Positions 61,131 to 64,000 of a stretch of DNA of 64,000 bases are shown here, piece after piece. Numbering within the stretch: the stretch's first letter is position 1; every line of letters begins with the position of its first letter. Position numbers and translations under genes: made by a program. Source of the DNA: Squalus acanthias (taxonomy: Eukaryota). The stretch is from the NCBI GenBank assembly GCA_030390025.1, contig JASTWF010000036.1:434001-498000 (forward strand), written 5' to 3'. The notes beneath the pieces are model-generated. The model was not told the DNA's origin, ran no database searches, and was given only the letters and a program-made list of their open reading frames with translations.

Positions 61131-61964
61131 TGTTCTTTAAAATCTGTTACAACTGCAAAAAAAAAAATCCCTGTTGGAATTATAAACAAATGTGTGCAAT
61201 AAACCCTGTTGCACCTAAACAAATTGTATCCGGCTGTATTCTGTTGCAAGAGATTAAAGGTAGAATTTTTTTTGAGGTGAGGGATGGATCTGCAATTTTA
61301 AGGAGTGTGTCTTCAATCTGCTACAGTTTTTAAAAAATATATATGTTTTGGGGCAATTTTCAGGATGGTTGATTTTATTTATATATAAATAAAAATACCT
61401 GTTGCGTATATTTAAAGAAAATGTGCATTTTTGTTTTGTGGTAGTTTGAGGGTGTTGGAATCTGTTCCTGTGTGTGTGTCAATTGCAAATATTGCAAATC
61501 TCCCTTTTTTTTCCCACCTTTCCCCCTACCCATGAGCTGAATCGAATCAAAGCAGCTCTGTTCCACCTAGATGTCAAAAAGGAAAAAAAAACGTTTAACC
61601 CATTTTTGCATTGCTGAATTTCTCCTATTTTGGCTGGTTCTGCTGCGAGCTGTTTAAATGCAGACGTTCTTCCCTTCGCATTCGTGCACACGCAGCAATC
61701 TAAAAATGCAATAAATATCATTTAATTTCCACGATTGCAATTGCCTTCTATCTTTTTGAGAAAAAAAACGGTTCTCTGTTTACTGTCTGTTTAATGCGAG
61801 TATAAAGTAAGTAATGTCATGTCAAACAGATTTAATTTCATGGCAGATTTCTGACCTCCAGCGCTTAAAACGACAGGATGAATTTTTTCCCCTCTCCGGG
61901 ATGTGTAGGGAGGCTTCAGGGTTTTTATTTAATGGAGAATAATCGCTTTTTTTTAAAGCAAGAA

Positions 61965-62370
61965 GCAGAAGGAGCTTGCATTTTTACAGCGCCTTTCACC
62001 TCCCTTCGGGGGATGTCCCAGAGCGCATTCACGGCCAATTAGTTACTTTTCGAAGAGTAGCCATTTGTTCTAAACGTAGCATGGACGCATGCACACACAG
62101 CTGGTTAAGCTGGTTGTTCTGTTGGGTTGAGGGATAAATATTGGCCCCAAGGACGCCGGTGAAGAAATCCCCATCCCTGCTGCTCTTCGATATAGTGGCC
62201 CATGGGGGGGATCTTTCACATCCACCCGAGGTGGGGCAGACGGGTCCTCCTCCGAGGTCAGCGCCCCGTCCGAAGGACAGTACCTCCCGTCGAAGTGCAG
62301 GCCTGGATTACGTGCTCCATCCAGTCTCCAGACTGCGCCCACGGTCTTCTGGCCCCGGGCGAGAGAGAGG
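61965..62370 (-). mobile_element. Old DeuSINE-like SINE without VNTR expansion
   Basis: Degenerate tail (ttgcatttttacagcgcctttcac) and body (gttgagggataaatattggcc...gatctttcacatccacc). Confidence 0.65.
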
Positions 62371-62384
62371 AGTTGTGTCCCTTG

Positions 62385-62945
62385 AGCCAAGTATTGCGTC
62401 CAGTTCTGGTCACCACACTTTAGGAAGGATGTGAAGGCCCCCTTGAGAGGGTGCAGAGGAGATTTACCAGAATGGTTCCGGGGGATGGGGGAAATCTTAG
62501 CGACAAGGACAGGTTGGAGAAGCTGGATTTGTTTTCTTTAGAGCAAAGGAGGTCGAGGGGTGATTTTGATAGAGGTGCACAAGATTGTGACGGGTTTGGA
62601 TAGGCTAGACGGGGAAAGGCTGTTCCCACTAGTTGATGGTACAAGGACTAGGGGACACAGATTTAAGGTTTTGCGCAAGAGATATTGGGAAGGGAAATGT
62701 GAGGAAAAACTGTTTTATGCAGTGAGTGGCGAGGACCTGGAACTCGCTGCCGACGGAAGTGGTGGAAGCGGAGACACTCAATGTTTTCAAGGGGAGACTG
62801 GATAAGGCACTTGAGGGAAATAAACTTGTAGGGCTACGGGGACAGAGCGGGGGGGAATGGGACTGACTAGATTGCTCTACAGAGAGCCGGCACGGACTCG
62901 ATGGGCCGAATGGCCTCCTTCTGTGCCGTTATGATTCTCTGACTC
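62385..62945 (+). mobile_element. CR1 3' fragment
   Basis: LIEVHKIVTGLDRLDGERLFPLV...TRGHRFKV plus 3'UTR. Confidence 0.82.
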
Positions 62946-63499
62946 TACGTCTGACTGTGTTGGAAGTAAATTGATGTAAACTAGGGGGAAACTGTACTTA
63001 ACGATAGTTAGTTTTTTTTAAATGTCGTATCTCGAGCGGGAAAGGTGAAATTTTCCTCAGTCGAGCAATGGAGTCTTGTACGACAATGTGTGCTCGCAGT
63101 GGCAATATTGTACCCCGGTTTATAAGAATGTTGTGTAGTTTTTAGTCCTGTTAAACTGGTAATTAATAGTTACTGGTTTATCCAAATGATTTAACAGCAG
63201 GAACAATGTCAATAAAAGTGAACATTTTGTCTTTCCTCCTCCTCCTCCCTCGAGTGTGATGACACACTTAAGTGAGTCATCCATCCCTTTTTTTTGGGTT
63301 GTGCTTGATCCAAAGTTGAGTCTGGCCAGTGGGGAAAAAAAAATATCTGAGGCTTACTGGACCGTTCAATAACACTGGTTATGTAATGTGTTTAACACTC
63401 GTTCCATCTCTTGGCAAACGTCGCCTCAACTCACCAGTTGATCTTTTACGACATTCCATGAGTCAGAAAGAGCGAGGCAGGTTAACAAGGCCGCATCAA

Positions 63500-64000
63500 A
63501 AGCAAGCCAAGGGTTCATTTCTCGAGGAATTGGAAGAGCAGAGAAGTTATGTTAAACATGTATCGATCCTTGGTTAGACCACACTTGGAGCACTGTGCAC
63601 AGCTCTGGTCTCCGTATACCTTGGTTAGACCACACTTGGAGCACTGTGCGTTGTTCTGGTCTCCGTGTACCTTGGTTAGACCACACTTGGAGCGCTGTGC
63701 GTTGTTCTGGTCTCCATATACCTGGGTTAGACCACACTTGGGACACTGTGCACAGTTCTGGTCTCCATATACCTTGGTTAGACCACACTTGGGACACTGT
63801 GCACAGTTCTGGTCTCCGTATACCTTGGTTAGACCACACTTGGAGCACTGTGCACAGTTCTGGTCTCCATATTACAAAAAAAGGATATAGAGGCACTGGA
63901 GAAGGTGCAAAAAAAAAAAAGATTTACAAGCCTGATAACCAGAACTGAGGTTATAACTATCAGGAGAGATTGAACAGGCTGGGGCAATGTTTCTCTAGAA
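63500..64000 (+). mobile_element. CR1 fragment with six 51-bp tandem units (63568-63872)
   Basis: (TLVRPHLEHCAQFWSPY)x6 in frame. Confidence 0.85.

Overview
Eukaryotic, repeat-saturated genomic DNA, most likely from a cartilaginous fish (shark). This is inferred from HE1-like and SacSINE1/DeuSINE-like SINEs and abundant CR1 LINEs, all recognised from memory without a database search. There is a 500-N scaffold gap at 44255-44754. Most of the window is nested CR1 LINE fragments, including one near-full-length CR1 at ~2179-5909. It also holds L2, RTE and Penelope remnants, two copies of a TA-flanked MITE, SINEs with internal 33-bp VNTRs, and two satellite arrays (~68-bp and 45-bp units). Almost all ORFs in the supplied track are transposon- or repeat-derived. 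The only convincing host-gene signal is missing from the ORF track: a CpG-island/TATA promoter at ~59.38-59.70 kb followed by a first exon whose 82-nt CDS (60084-60165) encodes a signal-peptide-like sequence and ends at a phase-1 GT donor. The gene is not identified. The most notable non-genic features are six minimal hammerhead-ribozyme motifs in Penelope repeats (two inside a ~550-bp near-perfect palindrome), a T_TTA_AAC slippery heptamer at the CR1 ORF1/ORF2 junction, recurrent birth of minisatellites inside several TE families, and a G-quadruplex-motif satellite with higher-order blocks. Boundaries of degraded repeats are approximate.
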